A stretch of DNA of 64,000 nt from a candidate division WOR-1 bacterium RIFOXYB2_FULL_36_35 (GTDB taxonomy: Bacteria > Margulisbacteria > WOR-1 > XYC2-FULL-46-14 > XYC2-FULL-37-10). A model generated the notes under the pieces. That model ran no database searches. It saw only the letters and a program-made list of their open reading frames with translations, and was not told the origin of the DNA. The stretch covers positions 81 to 64,080 of the forward strand of contig MEUA01000027.1 in NCBI GenBank assembly GCA_001771505.1. The letters run 5' to 3'. Position 1 is the first letter of the stretch; each line of letters opens with the position of its first letter. The translations under genes were made by a program, and so were the position numbers. Positions 63,124 through 64,000 of the stretch are shown piece after piece.

Positions 63124-64000
63124 ATGTTAGACATTCAAGAAATTTTAAAAACCATCCCCCACAGATATCCATTTATTCTTGTAGATAAAATTTTAGAAAT
63201 GGAATATGGAAAAACTGCAATCGCCATAAAAAATGTCACAATGAATGAATATTTTTTCCAGGGACATTTTCCCGGCCAACCTGTAATGCCGGGAGTTTTA
63301 ATTGTTGAAGCAATCGCCCAGGTTGGAGCAGTTATGGCATTAAGCGCCCCTTCCGCTGCAGGCAAAATCATCTTTTTCGCAGGAATTGACAGAGTAAGGT
63401 TTAGAAAGCCCGTTGTCCCCGGAGACCAGTTGAAATTTGAAGTCGAGGTCATGTGGTTTAAAAGAGGGATCGGAAAAATGAAAGGCAAAGCTTCCGTTGA
63501 CGGAGAGCTTGCCTGCGAAGGTGAATTTACTTTTTCTCTTGTTGATCAAGGCGGAGGCAATTCTGGAGCGCAAGTTCATCCAACAGCGATTATTCACCCA
63601 TCCGCCAAAATAGCAACAGGGTGCCAAATCGGAAAATTTGTCGTAATTGGGCCTGAAGTTGAAATTGGGGAAAATACTATAATAGAAGAACATGTTGTTA
63701 TCAACAAATGGACAAAGCTTGGAAAGAATAATCATATTTACAAAGGTGCTTCTATCGGAACTCCTCCTCAAGACCTGCACTATAAAGGGGAAAAAGGGGA
63801 GATCATTATTGGCGACAGCAACACTATAAGGGAATTTGTGACAATACACCTTCCTGTCGGAGAAGGAGGAAAGACCATCATTGGAGATAAAAACTATATA
63901 ATGATTCACGCCCACATCCCGCACAATTGCAAAGTAGGAAATGAAGCAATTATTGGCGGATATGTTGGGCTTGCTGGTTATACGGAGATCGGCGACCAAG
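63124..64000 (+). CDS. fabZ/lpxA: FabZ-LpxA fusion protein (3-prime partial, runs off the window)
   Basis: Absent from the ORF track because there is no stop in the window. I translated it by hand. SD AAGGAG at 63111-63116, ATG at 63124. [22 protein letters not shown] ... [16 protein letters not shown] (FabZ), then linker [11 protein letters not shown], then [22 protein letters not shown] and hexapeptide repeats (LpxA). All in one frame with no stop. Confidence 0.85.
   Translation, partial: MLDIQEILKTIPHRYPFILVDKILEMEYGKTAIAIKNVTMNEYFFQGHFPGQPVMPGVLIVEAIAQVGAVMALSAPSAAGKIIFFAGIDRVRFRKPVVPGDQLKFEVEVMWFKRGIGKMKGKASVDGELACEGEFTFSLVDQGGGNSGAQVHPTAIIHPSAKIATGCQIGKFVVIGPEVEIGENTIIEEHVVINKWTKLGKNNHIYKGASIGTPPQDLHYKGEKGEIIIGDSNTIREFVTIHLPVGEGGKTIIGDKNYIMIHAHIPHNCKVGNEAIIGGYVGLAGYTEIGDQ

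Noticed and set aside
63135-63999. Two long minus-strand ORFs (117 aa and 219 aa) listed at the right edge.
   Set aside because: They are antisense to the clearly recognisable FabZ-LpxA reading frame on the + strand. They have no motifs.

Overview
This is an AT-rich, gene-dense chromosomal window of about 60 protein-coding genes. By eye I found no rRNA, tRNA or CRISPR array. All calls rest on motif reading; no alignments or searches were run.

Most genes are housekeeping: mnmG, tuf, lpxC, leuC/leuD, miaA, rimO, pgsA, cinA-C/pncC, recA, rny, ymdB, uvrC, hisD, valS, rfbC, nadC, cdsA, uppS, frr, pyrH, bioC/bioF/bioD, yraN, comM, pyrC and rnc. The organism is probably a diderm, because lpxC, a fabZ-lpxA gene and an AsmA-like gene are present. 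It also keeps the Bacillus-type pgsA-cinA-recA-rny-ymdB gene order.

Notable points:
1. Two short repeat families fill almost every intergenic gap. Family A has termini (TT)AACCCCGATTATTCA / TGAATAATCGGGGTT(AA) and occurs at 14 or more loci. Family B is a MITE with 17-bp inverted termini GGGACTGTTGCRWAATG and perfect 5-bp target duplications, at 6 loci, one with a family-A hairpin nested inside.
2. Family-A termini contain the stop codon or last codons of about nine genes.
3. Orphan genes interrupt conserved housekeeping blocks next to these repeats. One is a sigma-70/XRE fusion plus a 198-aa orphan inserted antisense between leuC and leuD. Another is a three-gene orphan block between valS and rfbC. 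A third is an orphan pair between rnc and fabZ.
4. Unusual gene architectures include an in-frame FabZ-LpxA fusion at the right window edge that the ORF track missed. Others are a PncC-like/NadD-like fusion protein, a MalG-type ABC permease with a seven-repeat propeller-like periplasmic insert, and an NtrC-type regulator with degenerate ATPase motifs.
5. Smaller signals are period-7 tandem repeats inside valS, leaderless-type promoter geometry at several genes, an in-frame TAG splitting a sensor kinase, an AbiEi/AbiEii toxin-antitoxin pair, and an unannotated 35-aa basic ORF.
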